Part shown: piece by piece, positions 21,509-32,861 of the stretch | Position numbering within the stretch: position 1 is the first letter of the stretch | How the letters are laid out: each line of letters opens with the position of its first letter | Source: Bacillus sp. (in: firmicutes) | Lineage (GTDB): Bacteria > Bacillota > Bacilli > Bacillales > Salisediminibacteriaceae | Assembly: GCA_003560495.1 (NCBI GenBank) | Contig: PWLM01000040.1 | Span: 8,663 to 72,662, forward strand | Reading direction: 5' to 3' | DNA length: 64,000 nt | Translations under genes and position numbers: made by a program | The notes under the pieces: model-generated | The model's database searches: none | What the model was told of the DNA's origin: nothing | The model's input: the letters and a program-made list of their open reading frames with translations, nothing else

Positions 21509-22371
21509 GTTATATCCACCTTACTTAACTGATCGTCTCTCAGCGGTTTCCAGAGTTTAATGCTTTCTGCTTTATTAATATATCCTTCTTCTGCCAGGAG
21601 GGAAAAATACAGCTCAAGTCCTTTAAAATGATCATCGGTAAGCTCGAATCGGAGATTACGAAAGTAGTCGGCCCAGAATTTTTCGGACCCTCCGGACGAT
21701 TTCCGGATTTTTTCAGTCAGTTCCCGATACTCGTCCTGTTCGTTTTTTTGTCTGCTTTTATGAAAAGATTCAAACAGCAGCTGCAGTTCGTACGGATACT
21801 TACGGGCCGCTTCACTTCTTACAGCAAACAATGCATACGTCATAGGAAGGCCGGTCCAATCGTACCAGAGTGTTCCGAGATCATACGTATAAAGCCCTTT
21901 GTTTTCCCAGGATGCTTTTATCGCATCGTCCCCTATTAAAAGACAGGCTTCATTATTCTGAAGCATATTTGTAAGATCCGGTGGTTCTGATTTAAATTTC
22001 GGGAAGATTTTATAGCAGCGGTTCAAAATAATTTTTAATAAATGAACTGATGTAGCAGAACTCGAGGTAAGGGCCACATTCTGTCCGCCGAGCTCTGCGA
22101 TTGGAACGCGGGAAAATAAGAAAATTGAACCTACAGCTCCTATGGAGGAGACACATAGACCTGGAAGCACTTCGTAAGCAGAAGAATTCTGGGCATATTC
22201 AAACGAACTTATGCCGCCAAGGTCCACCTCTCCTTCCGCCATCATCCGGTTCAACTGTGAAGGGACAGCCTGCTGAAAAGCAAATCCCTTATTCAGAAGC
22301 TTTTTTCGGGGGAGCTCCGAGAACATCGGCATAATATTTGTATAATTAATTTCTCCAATTACCAGGGACAT
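21505..22371 (-). CDS. mqnA: Chorismate dehydratase MqnA (futalosine pathway)
   Basis: GEI.YTN..P, PSQLN, GAVGSI.LFS, SSATS..LLKI, LLIGDDA, DLG..W..WTGLPM. Confidence 0.88.
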   Translation of the reverse strand: MSLVIGEINYTNIMPMFSELPRKKLLNKGFAFQQAVPSQLNRMMAEGEVDLGGISSFEYAQNSSAYEVLPGLCVSSIGAVGSIFLFSRVPIAELGGQNVALTSSSATSVHLLKIILNRCYKIFPKFKSEPPDLTNMLQNNEACLLIGDDAIKASWENKGLYTYDLGTLWYDWTGLPMTYALFAVRSEAARKYPYELQLLFESFHKSRQKNEQDEYRELTEKIRKSSGGSEKFWADYFRNLRFELTDDHFKGLELYFSLLAEEGYINKAESIKLWKPLRDDQLSKVDIT

Positions 22372-22392
22372 TCAAAAACCTCCTCCCGCCGT

Positions 22393-23259
22393 TCAAGACA
22401 GCACCATTAAATCACCTAATGTGAAAGTCAGCATTAACAGGCTGATAATTCCATTCATAGTAAAAAACGCCACGTTGACTTTGCTTAAATCTGCTGGAGA
22501 TACAAGCGAGTGCTCATACGTCATAATAGCTCCTACGATAAATGTCCCAATTAAATAAATCCAGCCGAGAGGAGTGATGAGTGCAAGTGTAAGCATAGCT
22601 GCAAAACTGACTACATGAAATCCTCGGGCAAACCGCAGAGCGTTCGCTATGCCAAACCTGCTCGGAATAGAGTGAAGGTTGACTTCCCGGTCGTATTCCG
22701 CGTCCTGCGTTGCGTAGATAACATCAAATCCTGCTGTCCATAAAGCTACTGCTGCAAACAGTACGAGCGCTTCCCACGTTATAGTTCCCGTAACAGCCAC
22801 CCATCCTCCAAGCGGAGCAAGACCGATGGTCACTCCAAGAACTAAGTGACAGGCCCAGGTAAAACGTTTTGTGTAGGAATAAAAAACAAGAAAAAATACT
22901 GCGGCAGGCAGCAGATATACAGCCAGTACATTCAATTGGAAAGCGGAATAAATAAGCAGCGCAAAGGACACTGTAATAAATATAAGCGTTTCCGCTGTCG
23001 ATAATAGTCCGGCTGGAATAGCTCTCTCTGCAGTACGGGGATTAGCTTTATCGATTTTGGCATCAATAACTCTGTTAAGAGACATTGCCGCACTGCGGGC
23101 CCCCACCATGGCAATAGTAATCCAAACCCAGTCCATTAAAGGCGGCCATCCACCATTTATCAGCATACTGCCAAGTACTGCTCCTAAAAAAGCAAAAGGG
23201 AGAGCAAATACAGTATGTTCAAACTTTATCATCTCTAATATAATTTTCAATTTTCGCAT
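22393..23259 (-). CDS. UbiA-family prenyltransferase (MqnP-like)
   Basis: IKFEHTVFALPFA, ARSAAM..NR..D..ID..NPRT..R.IP, YSYTKRFT, GFDVIYA.QD. Confidence 0.9.
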   Translation of the reverse strand: MRKLKIILEMIKFEHTVFALPFAFLGAVLGSMLINGGWPPLMDWVWITIAMVGARSAAMSLNRVIDAKIDKANPRTAERAIPAGLLSTAETLIFITVSFALLIYSAFQLNVLAVYLLPAAVFFLVFYSYTKRFTWACHLVLGVTIGLAPLGGWVAVTGTITWEALVLFAAVALWTAGFDVIYATQDAEYDREVNLHSIPSRFGIANALRFARGFHVVSFAAMLTLALITPLGWIYLIGTFIVGAIMTYEHSLVSPADLSKVNVAFFTMNGIISLLMLTFTLGDLMVLS

Positions 23260-23268
23260 CCGGAAAAC

Positions 23269-23973
23269 CTACTTTCGCGATTTTTCTGCAAAATGGGCGG
23301 CGGCTGCACCAGCTGAATAAGATTTTACTTCCACTGAAGAAAAACCTGCTCTAAGGAAAAGATGCTTTAAAGCAACTTTATCTGGAAACTGCTTCGTAGA
23401 TTCCTGGAGCCAGGAATACTCTTTATAGCTCTTCGCAAAGATCCTTCCAAATAAAGGCATTACATAAGAAAAATAAGTCCAGTAAAGCTGTTTAAAGACG
23501 GGAGCAGTAGGCTGGGAAGTTTCCAGACATACGGCCAGGCCGCCCGGCTTCACAACACGGTACATTTCTTTGAGCACCTGAAGATAATCCGGGACATTCC
23601 TGAGCCCGAATCCGATAGTAACGTAATCGAATGTGTTATCTTCAAAAGGAAGTTCCATGGCGTTTCCCTGAATCAGTTCAATCTGAGAATAATTTTTTGT
23701 TTTATCCACACCGATGTCAAGCATATTCCGGCTGAAATCAAGCCCTTTCACTTCCCCAATTTCTCCGCATGCCTCCGCAAGCTGGATCGTCCAGTCAGCT
23801 GTCCCGCAGCATACGTCCAGGGCCTTTTCCCCTTTCTTAACATTCATTTTTTTCATCGTATCTTTTCTCCACGCTACATGACGCTGAAAACTGATTATTG
23901 CATTCATTCGGTCGTATTGACCGGAAATAGATTCAAATATATCATGTACACGCTGCTCTTTGGATTGTCGCAT
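23269..23973 (-). CDS. menG: Demethylmenaquinone methyltransferase
   Basis: [36 protein letters not shown]. Confidence 0.96.
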   Translation of the reverse strand: MRQSKEQRVHDIFESISGQYDRMNAIISFQRHVAWRKDTMKKMNVKKGEKALDVCCGTADWTIQLAEACGEIGEVKGLDFSRNMLDIGVDKTKNYSQIELIQGNAMELPFEDNTFDYVTIGFGLRNVPDYLQVLKEMYRVVKPGGLAVCLETSQPTAPVFKQLYWTYFSYVMPLFGRIFAKSYKEYSWLQESTKQFPDKVALKHLFLRAGFSSVEVKSYSAGAAAAHFAEKSRK

Positions 23974-23977
23974 TGAT

Positions 23978-24706
23978 TTATTCTCCTGTCCTCATAGATG
24001 CCATCAGCATATCAGCTTCCTGCTGAATGATGTGATAAAGAGGAAAATCTTCCTGCCCTTCCTCCTGAATCAGCCCGTATACCTGTTGAGCCAGACGTTT
24101 TCGGCTGCTGGCCGACTGATTTACAGCTGTCTTGAGCATAAAACTTTCTTCTCTGCTTGTGAGACACTGCAGCAGATACAGCCGGCGTATAGACGGAATA
24201 GAAGAAGCAAACCCGAGAAAAGCAGCTAAATGAGTTGTAAGCGCACTGCGTACTATCATAAAATGTTCCATCGCTTCTCTTTCAGAATCTGCTTCTGTTA
24301 CTCTCATTTTTGCTTCGTTGATTTCCTGGATTGCTCTTGAAAACACCTTTATGAATTTTCCTTCGCCACACTCAGCCAGCAGCCTATAGTACAGGCTGCT
24401 GAAATAATCTCCGGCAAGAACAGTCAGCTGGCGTTGTTTTCTTTCAATCTCACTTGTCGTTTCCATGACTCCAATTCTGTCGTGTGTGTCCATTGCAGCC
24501 TGCACCAGCAGGGCTGAGAGTGCCACGGAATGCCTGTCATTGATCACTGTCCCGGATCTGTCCAGCATTGTCAAAATGATCCCCGCCTGAGTCGGATTCA
24601 TTACAGGCTCAGGTATAAAACGCTGCACGTACGGCTCTCTCACCCGCTGATAAAACTCCGTCGTTAATTTATGTATGATGTGTACATTGTCATAAGTCGC
24701 GGTCAT
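23978..24706 (-). CDS. hepS: Heptaprenyl diphosphate synthase component I (true start ATG 24706)
   Basis: [31 protein letters not shown]; GGAGG RBS. Confidence 0.92.
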   Translation of the reverse strand: MTATYDNVHIIHKLTTEFYQRVREPYVQRFIPEPVMNPTQAGIILTMLDRSGTVINDRHSVALSALLVQAAMDTHDRIGVMETTSEIERKQRQLTVLAGDYFSSLYYRLLAECGEGKFIKVFSRAIQEINEAKMRVTEADSEREAMEHFMIVRSALTTHLAAFLGFASSIPSIRRLYLLQCLTSREESFMLKTAVNQSASSRKRLAQQVYGLIQEEGQEDFPLYHIIQQEADMLMASMRTGE

Positions 24707-24874
24707 CCTTATTTCCTCCAAACTACCTGTGGCGCCTTCGTTTAAAAGGCTTTCAAGCCAGCTAGTATAGTATATCATAATTAATTTCCAACGAGGAAGG
24801 TACACAGCGAAGTTTTACCAGCAGATCACGTGCAGTCTGAAACAGAACCGATTGTAGTCCGAAAGTCTTTCCTG

Positions 24875-25093
24875 TCAATCACTGCTGGACATTTCTCCAT
24901 GTGCAGTCTGAACCGTAGCGTCTCCGCGGATTTTAATTGCTGACGTGTGTTCGGTGAACTGGGCAATCATCATTTCGTTTTTATCAAGCTTCTCCGAGTG
25001 GTGGAACCGCGTATCTGTACCTCTTGTAAGTCCGATAACGTTTACGCCGTCCTGATTCGCTTTAATGACAATATAATCATTTGACTGTGCCAC
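24875..25093 (-). CDS. mtrB: trp RNA-binding attenuation protein TRAP (start GTG 25093)
   Basis: [46 protein letters not shown]. Confidence 0.97.
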   Translation of the reverse strand: MAQSNDYIVIKANQDGVNVIGLTRGTDTRFHHSEKLDKNEMMIAQFTEHTSAIKIRGDATVQTAHGEMSSSD

Positions 25094-25199
25094 TTTCTCA
25101 CCTCTTTTATTTAATATTGATGCCTTTGTAGTATACTGCCTGCTCGAAGCTGAGTAAAAAAACATCCGGTTATCTGATCGATAATTATCCGTATACGTC

Positions 25200-25763
25200 T
25201 TACTTAATTAAAGAGAGAACTTCCGCTCTGGCTGCCTCATCTTTTTTGAAGACTCCCCTTACTGCTGAAGTTATAGTCGAGGAACCAGGCTTTTTTACGC
25301 CTCTCATCGTCATACACATATGCTCTGCTTCAATAATAACCATTACTCCCTGAGGCTCAAGGGTTTCTACGAGTGAATCCGCAATAGTAGACGTAATTCT
25401 TTCCTGAAGCTGAGGACGTTTTGTTACTGCTTCCACGGCCCTTGCCAGTTTACTGAGCCCTGTGACTTTTCCTCCCTTTGGAAGATACCCAATATGTGCT
25501 TTCCCAAAAAAAGGAACAAGATGATGCTCACACATCGAATAAAAAGGAATATCTTTTACAAGAACCAGCTCTTCGTGGTCCTCACCGAAAATTGTTTTAA
25601 AGTGTTCCTTCGGATCCTGATGCAGTCCCTGAAAAACTTCTTCATACATGCGGGCTACACGTTTCGGTGTATCCTGAAGACCTTCCCGATCCGGATCTTC
25701 CCCTACTGCTTCCAAAATCATTATAACGGCTTCTTCAATTTTTTGGTGGTTTATGTGTGTCAT
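25200..25763 (-). CDS. folE: GTP cyclohydrolase I (mtrA)
   Basis: [37 protein letters not shown]. Confidence 0.97.
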   Translation of the reverse strand: MTHINHQKIEEAVIMILEAVGEDPDREGLQDTPKRVARMYEEVFQGLHQDPKEHFKTIFGEDHEELVLVKDIPFYSMCEHHLVPFFGKAHIGYLPKGGKVTGLSKLARAVEAVTKRPQLQERITSTIADSLVETLEPQGVMVIIEAEHMCMTMRGVKKPGSSTITSAVRGVFKKDEAARAEVLSLIK

Positions 25764-26020
25764 TTGCTACTTTCCCCCGTTCCGCATCTACTGTCTGCAT
25801 TCATTGTCTAGATAATAGCACAGCGCTTATTTGTAAAACAAGAAAGGTGCCTTGCTGCAGCTGGTAAGTACATTGTAAACAGCATGTTAAAAGCAGAGAC
25901 AGTAAGAATTCCTTCCGCCGTATGCAGATCTAGCTTTGTCCAGCTGCTGTGCTGCTCTTTCTCCAGCTGTTCTCCCCTGAATAATCACGTTTGTAAAGCA
26001 GGACCGTAAAGAACCTCTGC

Positions 26021-26062
26021 AAAAAGAAAGCCCGATAAGCAGATGCTTAACGGGTTTCTTTA
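26021..26062 (-). terminator. Terminator after hbs
   Basis: AAGAAAGCCCG-ATAAGC..GCTTA-ACGGGTTTCTT stem with T run on minus strand. Confidence 0.65.
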
Positions 26063-26089
26063 TTACATAAGCCTGCTTATGTAATTGTA

Positions 26090-26362
26090 TTACTTTACTG
26101 CATCTTTAAGGGCTTTACCAGGCTTGAATGCAGGTACGTTGCTCGCTGGGATTTCGATTTCTTCTCCAGTCTGAGGGTTACGGCCTTTACGGGCAGCACG
26201 CTCACGGACTTCAAAGTTACCGAATCCAATCAGCTGAACTTTTTCCTGCTTCTGAAGCGCATCAGTAATAATATCAAAAACTGCGTCTACAGCACCTGTT
26301 GCATCCTTTTTAGAAAGGTCCGTCTTTTCTGCAACTGCATTGATTAGTTCTGTTTTATTCAA
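26090..26362 (-). CDS. hbs: HU DNA-binding protein HBsu (start TTG 26362)
   Basis: [32 protein letters not shown]; GGAGGTG RBS. Confidence 0.97.
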   Translation of the reverse strand: MNKTELINAVAEKTDLSKKDATGAVDAVFDIITDALQKQEKVQLIGFGNFEVRERAARKGRNPQTGEEIEIPASNVPAFKPGKALKDAVK

Positions 26363-26574
26363 TCTGTTCACCTCCCTGCAAGATGTAGTAACGTCACTTT
26401 TAGTTCTAAAAGCGTTAACCCTTGATACGACGGGATAACAAGGCTTATGTTATACGAAAAAGCCCGTAAATTCAACATTTTTTATGTATTTCATTGATTT
26501 TTTATAATTTTTCTGGCGAATATGGATAATATATACAGCAAAAGGCGGGATTTGTGGTAAAACCCGCCTCGTAA

Positions 26575-27300
26575 CTATCCCTGGTCTCCTTCAGTAAAAA
26601 CTATTTCTCCATCCTTTACAGTCTGTGGTACAGAGTATGCAGGGACAAATGGAGAATGATCAACAAGCAGCCAGCGCAAATCGTCCCCTTCTTCATAATC
26701 TCCCATTCCGTATTCTTCTATATAATACTGAATATCAAGTGAAAAATCGATCACTACATCCCCCTGCGTAGTAAACAGCAGCGGCAGGCGGTGATCAGGA
26801 TGAAACGGACTATCCACTACAGGTTCCTCTTCATAACCTAATGCTTCATAATCAAGCCTGAGAAGTTCGTCTCCCACTATTTCCTCCACCGGCGCATAAT
26901 CGTTGGAACTGCGGTAGGAAAATATCCGCGTTTCGACCTCCTGAATTGTTCTCGTAGTGGTAAGATCAATCAATTTTACGGTCGGGAATTCCTCTACATT
27001 CACCAGTACGTACTGATAATTACCGCCATTTTCAAACGCATTTCCCGGCGGCTCATTGATATAAGAAGGAATCAGCTGAGTGAACTGCACAGGATATCTG
27101 CGAAACGTCGGAGTATCTGCTTCCCGGGTGGCAATTGGCAGCACTCCGGTGCTTTCCTGAAACTGAGTTACTGCATTCTGAACCCTGTCCACCTGCTCCT
27201 GATTCGGTCCGTGCTGTCTGCTTCTTTCCTCCTGGGGATATAAACAGCCGCTTAAAAGAATGACTGTAAGCGCAAGAAAAATCAATTGGGTTGTTTTCAT
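26575..27300 (-). CDS. yphF: YphF-like lipoprotein
   Basis: Lipobox LSGC-LYP, P.NAFE.GG.YQYVL, PTVKLIDL, SPFVPAYS; synteny. Confidence 0.85.
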   Translation of the reverse strand: MKTTQLIFLALTVILLSGCLYPQEERSRQHGPNQEQVDRVQNAVTQFQESTGVLPIATREADTPTFRRYPVQFTQLIPSYINEPPGNAFENGGNYQYVLVNVEEFPTVKLIDLTTTRTIQEVETRIFSYRSSNDYAPVEEIVGDELLRLDYEALGYEEEPVVDSPFHPDHRLPLLFTTQGDVVIDFSLDIQYYIEEYGMGDYEEGDDLRWLLVDHSPFVPAYSVPQTVKDGEIVFTEGDQG

Positions 27301-27330
27301 TATTACTCCCGCCTTACGAAATATTCTGTC

Positions 27331-27534
27331 TTACTCCGGTACCGGACCACTGAAAGTTATTACTAAAACAATCAGTCCGGACACTACGATGCACACAAAG
27401 CTCATCGTCAATAGTGAGTAACGAAGCACCCCTGTCAGCTTTTCTTTTGTAAATATAGTTATTACTACGGAGAGAAACATGAGAGCCATGGCAATAAAAG
27501 ATACCCACATCTTCAATAAAGGATCATCGAACAT
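27331..27534 (-). CDS. yphE: YphE / DUF2768 small membrane protein
   Basis: LLKMWVSF.AM.LMF, two TM helices, ends SGP. Confidence 0.85.
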   Translation of the reverse strand: MFDDPLLKMWVSFIAMALMFLSVVITIFTKEKLTGVLRYSLLTMSFVCIVVSGLIVLVITFSGPVPE

Positions 27535-27708
27535 ACGCTTTTCCTCCCCTCTCGGCTTTCAATTCTGCATCATTATAGCACACTATTTATTCTGATGCAT
27601 AAACGTAAACTACGCATTCGGTAGAGCATTCCAAACGTCAATAAATTGTCACATATCTGGAGCCGGCGCATATAGGACCCTCCGGGATTTTTCCGGGGGG
27701 TCCTTGCT

Positions 27709-28764
27709 TTACGGCTCCATATGATCAAGAGGATCCCGGCCTTCTTTTTGAATGGAACCGGTCATAAGCTCCTCAACTTCTTTCTTCTTTACTCTGCCCA
27801 TTAAAGCTTCCACCGCTTCTTCCACATCCTTCTCTTCAAACAGGACAGCGTAGAGCTCTTTCGTAATAGGCATGTCCACATGCAGCTTTTCTGCAAGCTG
27901 ATAAGCTGCCTTGGTTGTACGGATGCCTTCCACTACCATACCCATTTCTTCTTCTGTCTGCTTTACTGACATGCCTTTCCCGATCATATTCCCGGCACGC
28001 CAGTTTCGGCTGTGGAAGGAAGTACACGTTACTATCAGGTCTCCGAGCCCGGAAAGCCCGGAGAAAGTAAGAGGATTTGCCCCCATTTTAACCCCCAGCC
28101 TGGAAATTTCAGCCAGACCCCTCGTCATTAATGCAGCTCTCGCGTTATCACCAAAGCCTAAACCACTTGTCATGCCGGAACCGATCGCAATAATATTTTT
28201 CAGCGCTCCTCCGATTTCGACACCGATCAAATCAGGGTTGGTGTAAACCCGAAAAGCCTGATTCATAAATAAATCCTGGGCTTCTTCAGCAAGGTTCATA
28301 TGAAGAGATGAACATGTTACAGTTGTCGGCTGTTGTTTACATACTTCCTCGGCATGACTCGGACCACTCAGACAGACTACCGGTTTGTTATCCAGTTCTT
28401 CTGCAATGATTTCAGAGATTCTCATATGAGTTTCTGGTTCGATCCCTTTACTAGCGTGAATAAGTACCGTATCTTTCTCAAGGTAAGGCTTTATAGCCGG
28501 CAGAACTTCTCTCATCGCCTTAGTCGGCACTACGAGTACGACAAAAGCGGTCCCCGTTACAGCCTGCTCCATGGACGAAAAAGCTTTAATCGTGGAAGGA
28601 AGAGTCACTCCGGAAAGATATCGTGTATTTTTATGCGTTTCATTTATCGTTTCTGCCTGTTTTTCCGACCTGGTCCAGAGCCTGACATTGTGGCCGTTGT
28701 CAGCCAAAACAATAGATAATGCCGTCCCCCAGCTTCCCGCTCCTATTACAGCAACTTCTTTCAT
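27709..28764 (-). CDS. gpsA: NAD(P)H-dependent glycerol-3-phosphate dehydrogenase (start ATG 28764)
   Basis: GAGSWGTAL, SKGIE, LSGPSHAEE, GALKN, GDLIVTCTS..SRN. Confidence 0.97.
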   Translation of the reverse strand: MKEVAVIGAGSWGTALSIVLADNGHNVRLWTRSEKQAETINETHKNTRYLSGVTLPSTIKAFSSMEQAVTGTAFVVLVVPTKAMREVLPAIKPYLEKDTVLIHASKGIEPETHMRISEIIAEELDNKPVVCLSGPSHAEEVCKQQPTTVTCSSLHMNLAEEAQDLFMNQAFRVYTNPDLIGVEIGGALKNIIAIGSGMTSGLGFGDNARAALMTRGLAEISRLGVKMGANPLTFSGLSGLGDLIVTCTSFHSRNWRAGNMIGKGMSVKQTEEEMGMVVEGIRTTKAAYQLAEKLHVDMPITKELYAVLFEEKDVEEAVEALMGRVKKKEVEELMTGSIQKEGRDPLDHMEP

Positions 28765-28768
28765 GTCA

Positions 28769-29392
28769 TCATCCCCCCGCTTCCTTGGATTTAACTTTTT
28801 CTCCCAGCTTGCTTTCTGTTCCATTCATAAGCTTTTTAATATTCGAACTGTGGCGCCATAAGGATAGAATTGTTAAAGCGGCTAAAAAATAAACATAAAC
28901 GAACGGGTAATTAAATACCGGGTGAAGAACTGCTGTCAATAGAGTTGTTCCTATCATAAACAGCAGTGATCCCAAGGAAACGTATCTCGTCACGGCTATT
29001 GTAAGAATCGCTATGATCCCTGCTGCCAGCGCCGTCCAAAAAACGAGTGTTGCCAGTACACCTATCGTAGTCGCTACGCCTTTGCCGCCCCGAAATCCGA
29101 AGAAAACAGGCCAATTATGACCAACAACTGCCGCTGACCCGCACAGAGCTGCAAGAACGGGATCTCCGCCTCCTGCTGTATAACCAATCCATACAGCCGC
29201 GATGCCTTTCGCACAGTCAAGAAGGAGCACAGCTATCGCCGGTCCGATTCCAAGCACACGCAGTGTATTTGTCGCTCCGGCGTTCCCACTTCCATGATCC
29301 CTGATGTCGAGTTTTTTAAGAAGCTGGCCAATTAAATAGCTGAAACTGACCGCCCCAATTAAATAAGAAACTATAACAGCTGCGATTCCCAA
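28769..29392 (-). CDS. plsY: Glycerol-3-phosphate acyltransferase PlsY
   Basis: DIR.HGSGNAGATN.LR, GHNWPVF..FRGGKGVAT, RH..NI. Confidence 0.96.
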   Translation of the reverse strand: MGIAAVIVSYLIGAVSFSYLIGQLLKKLDIRDHGSGNAGATNTLRVLGIGPAIAVLLLDCAKGIAAVWIGYTAGGGDPVLAALCGSAAVVGHNWPVFFGFRGGKGVATTIGVLATLVFWTALAAGIIAILTIAVTRYVSLGSLLFMIGTTLLTAVLHPVFNYPFVYVYFLAALTILSLWRHSSNIKKLMNGTESKLGEKVKSKEAGG

Positions 29393-29427
29393 TGAACCGA
29401 CCCCCTCATCTGATACAGTGATATAAA

Positions 29428-30744
29428 TCAGTCACTTTTTTTACGTGCAATAATCCTGATCGGAGTACCTATGAAGCCGAATGCCCGACGAATATTGTTT
29501 TCCAAGTATCTATGGTAGGAGAAATGGAGCAGGTCGGGATCGTTTACAAATAAAACAAATGTCGGTGGTGCTACAGCTACCTGAGTTGCATAATTGATGC
29601 GCAGGCGTTTACCCCCGTGATCCGTCGGCGTAGGATTTGTCGTGACAGCATCTACAATAACATCGTTAAGGACGTTTGTTTTTATCCGCATATTGTGCGA
29701 TTCACTTACTTCATTCACAACTGGAAGAAGCTGATGAAGTTTCTGCTTTGTTAAAGCAGATAAAAATACGATAGGAGCATAATCCATAAACTGGAACTGA
29801 TCACGGATTTTCTCTTCAAATTGCTGCATTGTTTTATCATCTTTTTCTACAGCATCCCATTTATTTACGACAATAACTACTGCCCTTCCGGCTTCATGCG
29901 CGTAACCGGCTATTTTTTTATCCTGTTCGATAATTCCTTCTTCCCCATCGAGCACAACGAGTACTACGTCGGATCTGTCAATCGCTTTCAAAGCGCGGAG
30001 AACGCTGTATTTTTCTGTTGATTCGTACACCTTTCCGCGTTTTCTCATCCCCGCCGTATCAATTACAACATAATCCTGCTCGTCTCTTCGAAAAGGCGTA
30101 TCGACAGCATCACGGGTAGTTCCTGGAATACTGCTGACAATTACTCTCTCTTCACCAAGAATGGCATTTACGAGCGAAGACTTTCCAACATTTGGACGAC
30201 CTATCAGACTAAGACGTATTGTATCTTCGCTGTAATCATCTCCAGCTTCTGCCGGAAAATTCGCGCACGCAGCATCCAGCATATCCCCCAGACCAAGTCC
30301 GTGGGATCCGGATACAGCAAACGGCTCTCCTACTCCGAGTGAATAAAATTCATATATTTTTTCATGCATGGATGGATCATCCATTTTATTCACAGCAATT
30401 ACTACAGGTTTTTTGGAACGCTGCAGCAGTCGTGCGACTTCTTCGTCCGCTCCTGTCATTCCTTCTCTGCCGTTAACGACAAAACAGATGACATCTGCTT
30501 CATCAATAGCAAGTTCTGCCTGCATTCTCATCTGTTCTATTAACGGCTCGTCCGACATTTCAATGCCGCCTGTATCGATAATAAAAAATTCGTGGTTAAG
30601 CCATTCGCCGGAACTGTAAATCCGGTCTCTTGTCACTCCTGGCTTGTCTTCTACAATTTCTAATCTTTCTCCAATCAATCTGTTGAAAATTGTAGACTTC
30701 CCTACGTTCGGTCTTCCTACAATCGCTAGTACCGGCTTAGCCAC
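29428..30744 (-). CDS. der: Ribosome biogenesis GTPase Der (EngA/YphC)
   Basis: Two GRPNVGKS G-domains, DTGG/DTAG, NKMD/NKWD. Confidence 0.98.
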   Translation of the reverse strand: MAKPVLAIVGRPNVGKSTIFNRLIGERLEIVEDKPGVTRDRIYSSGEWLNHEFFIIDTGGIEMSDEPLIEQMRMQAELAIDEADVICFVVNGREGMTGADEEVARLLQRSKKPVVIAVNKMDDPSMHEKIYEFYSLGVGEPFAVSGSHGLGLGDMLDAACANFPAEAGDDYSEDTIRLSLIGRPNVGKSSLVNAILGEERVIVSSIPGTTRDAVDTPFRRDEQDYVVIDTAGMRKRGKVYESTEKYSVLRALKAIDRSDVVLVVLDGEEGIIEQDKKIAGYAHEAGRAVVIVVNKWDAVEKDDKTMQQFEEKIRDQFQFMDYAPIVFLSALTKQKLHQLLPVVNEVSESHNMRIKTNVLNDVIVDAVTTNPTPTDHGGKRLRINYATQVAVAPPTFVLFVNDPDLLHFSYHRYLENNIRRAFGFIGTPIRIIARKKSD

Positions 30745-30966
30745 ATTATTTCCCCGCTTTCACTCATCAAAATTCATATAAAACCAACGTTCATTATAGC
30801 ATAAACTGAGTTGAATACATGTAACTTCATACTAGCACCAGACATAAAAGAAAAAAAGTTATTTCAGAAATATTTCTTCATTTCCCCTTTTTTTCTGATC
30901 TATCCTTCGAAGCACGTAAAGCCATTTAATGGCTTTTATAAAGTTTGTCGTACGGGCTGGCATATA

Positions 30967-31011
30967 AAAAAGGACCGGAAAGCCCTTTTGCTTCCGGGCA
31001 TTCCGGTCCTT
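30967..31011 (-). terminator. Terminator after rpsA
   Basis: AAGGACCGGAA.GCCC...GGGC.TTCCGGTCCTT stem. Confidence 0.7.
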
Positions 31012-31028
31012 CACATTCAGCAGTTTAT

Positions 31029-32183
31029 TTAGTTTTTATATTTTTTCAGCTGATCGCCGATCATATCACCAAGTGAAAAACCACCGTCATCTTCTTTTTT
31101 GTATTCCTGCTTCGCCTGAGTCTCTTCTTTTTCCACTTTATCTTCTTCAAGAACACGCATGCTCAGTGAGATACGCTTTTCCCCAATGTTCACATCAAGT
31201 ACTTTCGCCTGCACTTTATCGCCTTCTGTCAGAACTTCACCAGGGGTTGCAATGTGTCGGTTAGCAATCTGGGAGATGTGAACGAGCCCTTCTACTCCCG
31301 GAGCAACTTCTACAAAAGCTCCGAAAGATACAAGTCGCTTCACAGTGCCTTCCACCGTGTCATCCTGCTTAATCTGCTGGGCAATGGATTCCCAGGGACC
31401 CGGGAGTGTGTCTTTGATAGACAGGGAAATCCTCTCATTTTCAGGATCAACAGAAAGTACTTTTACATTGACCTGATCTCCTTCAGACACCACATCAGAC
31501 GGTTTTTCCACGTGCTGGTGGGCCATCTGGGAAATGTGCACGAGTCCATCCACTCCGCCTACATCTACAAAAGCTCCGAAGTCAGTTAGACGCTGTACAG
31601 TGCCGGCAATGACATCCCCTTCTTTAATCTGCTGAAGAGTTTCTTTTTTCCGCTCGCCGGCTTCTGCATCGAGTACAGCACGCTGCGAAAGAATCAGCTT
31701 GTTTCTTTCACGATCCATTTCCACAGCTTTCAGACGGAGCGTTTTTCCTTTATAAGAGGAGAAATCTTCAACGTAGTGACGTTCTACGAGAGAAGCCGGG
31801 ATAAAACCACGGACCCCCACGTCAACTACCAGCCCTCCTTTAACAACATCTGCAACTTCTGCTTCAAATATTTCGCCGCTTTCCAGTTTCTGCTCCATCT
31901 CTTCCCAGGCTTTTTCAGCGGCTACTGCTTTTTTGGAGAGTACGAGTTCTTCTTCTGTCACTTTCGTAACTTTAAACTCATGCTCCTCCCCTTCCTGAAG
32001 CTCATCGCTTACTTTTTCGACATGGAGACTTTTGAGTTCACTGATGGGTACAACACCATCAATTTTATAGCCGACATTTACATATGCCTGCTTGTCCTCC
32101 ACTTTTGCTACAGTTCCTTTGACAAGATCTCCCACTGATAGTGAGCGGAAGTCTGTCATCTCATTGTTCATTTCTTCTGTCAT
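31029..32183 (-). CDS. rpsA: Ribosomal protein S1 homolog (YpfD)
   Basis: Four S1 domains (FGAFVD.GGVDGLVHIS). Confidence 0.96.
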   Translation of the reverse strand: MTEEMNNEMTDFRSLSVGDLVKGTVAKVEDKQAYVNVGYKIDGVVPISELKSLHVEKVSDELQEGEEHEFKVTKVTEEELVLSKKAVAAEKAWEEMEQKLESGEIFEAEVADVVKGGLVVDVGVRGFIPASLVERHYVEDFSSYKGKTLRLKAVEMDRERNKLILSQRAVLDAEAGERKKETLQQIKEGDVIAGTVQRLTDFGAFVDVGGVDGLVHISQMAHQHVEKPSDVVSEGDQVNVKVLSVDPENERISLSIKDTLPGPWESIAQQIKQDDTVEGTVKRLVSFGAFVEVAPGVEGLVHISQIANRHIATPGEVLTEGDKVQAKVLDVNIGEKRISLSMRVLEEDKVEKEETQAKQEYKKEDDGGFSLGDMIGDQLKKYKN

Positions 32184-32242
32184 AGACCATTACCTCCCTA
32201 TATCCCGTCAATTTGCGGGCCTATACTCCTTCAGTATAAGCT

Positions 32243-32270
32243 ATTCTCCATAAAATGAGAGAATTCCTGC
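32243..32270 (-). promoter_or_regulatory. SigH-type promoter upstream of rpsA/ypfD
   Basis: GCAGGAATT-N12-GGAGAAT. Confidence 0.6.
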
Positions 32271-32861
32271 CTACTTTTTATATTTGTCTAAAAGTTGTTT
32301 GATGGAGGCCATAATTTCCTCCGATGCTTCTTCCGGTGATGCTTTCCTGTCCCTCAGTTTCTGCATGTCTATAGGCTCCCCATACACAAGAAGAATTTTT
32401 GAAAAAGGCTTATACGTACTCATTATGGCGCATGGTACGACATCTGCTGGAGATCTGAGGGCGAAAAACCCTACCCCTGCCAATCCTTTACCGAGGCTTC
32501 CGTCCCTGCTTCTCGTGCCTTCCGGGAATACACCGACGATTTCTTCATCCTTAAGGAGTTTCAAGCCGGCGCGCATGGCCTGGCGGTCACTGGATCCTCT
32601 TTTTATCGGAAACGCTCCTACTTTTGGCAGGAGAAATTTCAGTACGGGCAGTTCGAAAAGTTCCGCTTTAGCCATATATCTTGTTTTTCTTTTTAAAAAG
32701 GCTCCTAAAAGCGGAGGGTCAAGATTGTTAATGTGATTACTGCAGAGGAGCACTCCTTTGTCAGCAGGGATGTTCTCCTTACCTATTATTTTTACCCGGA
32801 AAAACAGCCGGAAAAACGTGCGGAATAAAAATTGTCCTGTCCAGTACATTTTATTATTCAT
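32271..32861 (-). CDS. plsC: 1-acyl-sn-glycerol-3-phosphate acyltransferase
   Basis: NHINNLD (HxxxxD), AKAELF, FPEGTRS. Confidence 0.92.
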   Translation of the reverse strand: MNNKMYWTGQFLFRTFFRLFFRVKIIGKENIPADKGVLLCSNHINNLDPPLLGAFLKRKTRYMAKAELFELPVLKFLLPKVGAFPIKRGSSDRQAMRAGLKLLKDEEIVGVFPEGTRSRDGSLGKGLAGVGFFALRSPADVVPCAIMSTYKPFSKILLVYGEPIDMQKLRDRKASPEEASEEIMASIKQLLDKYKK

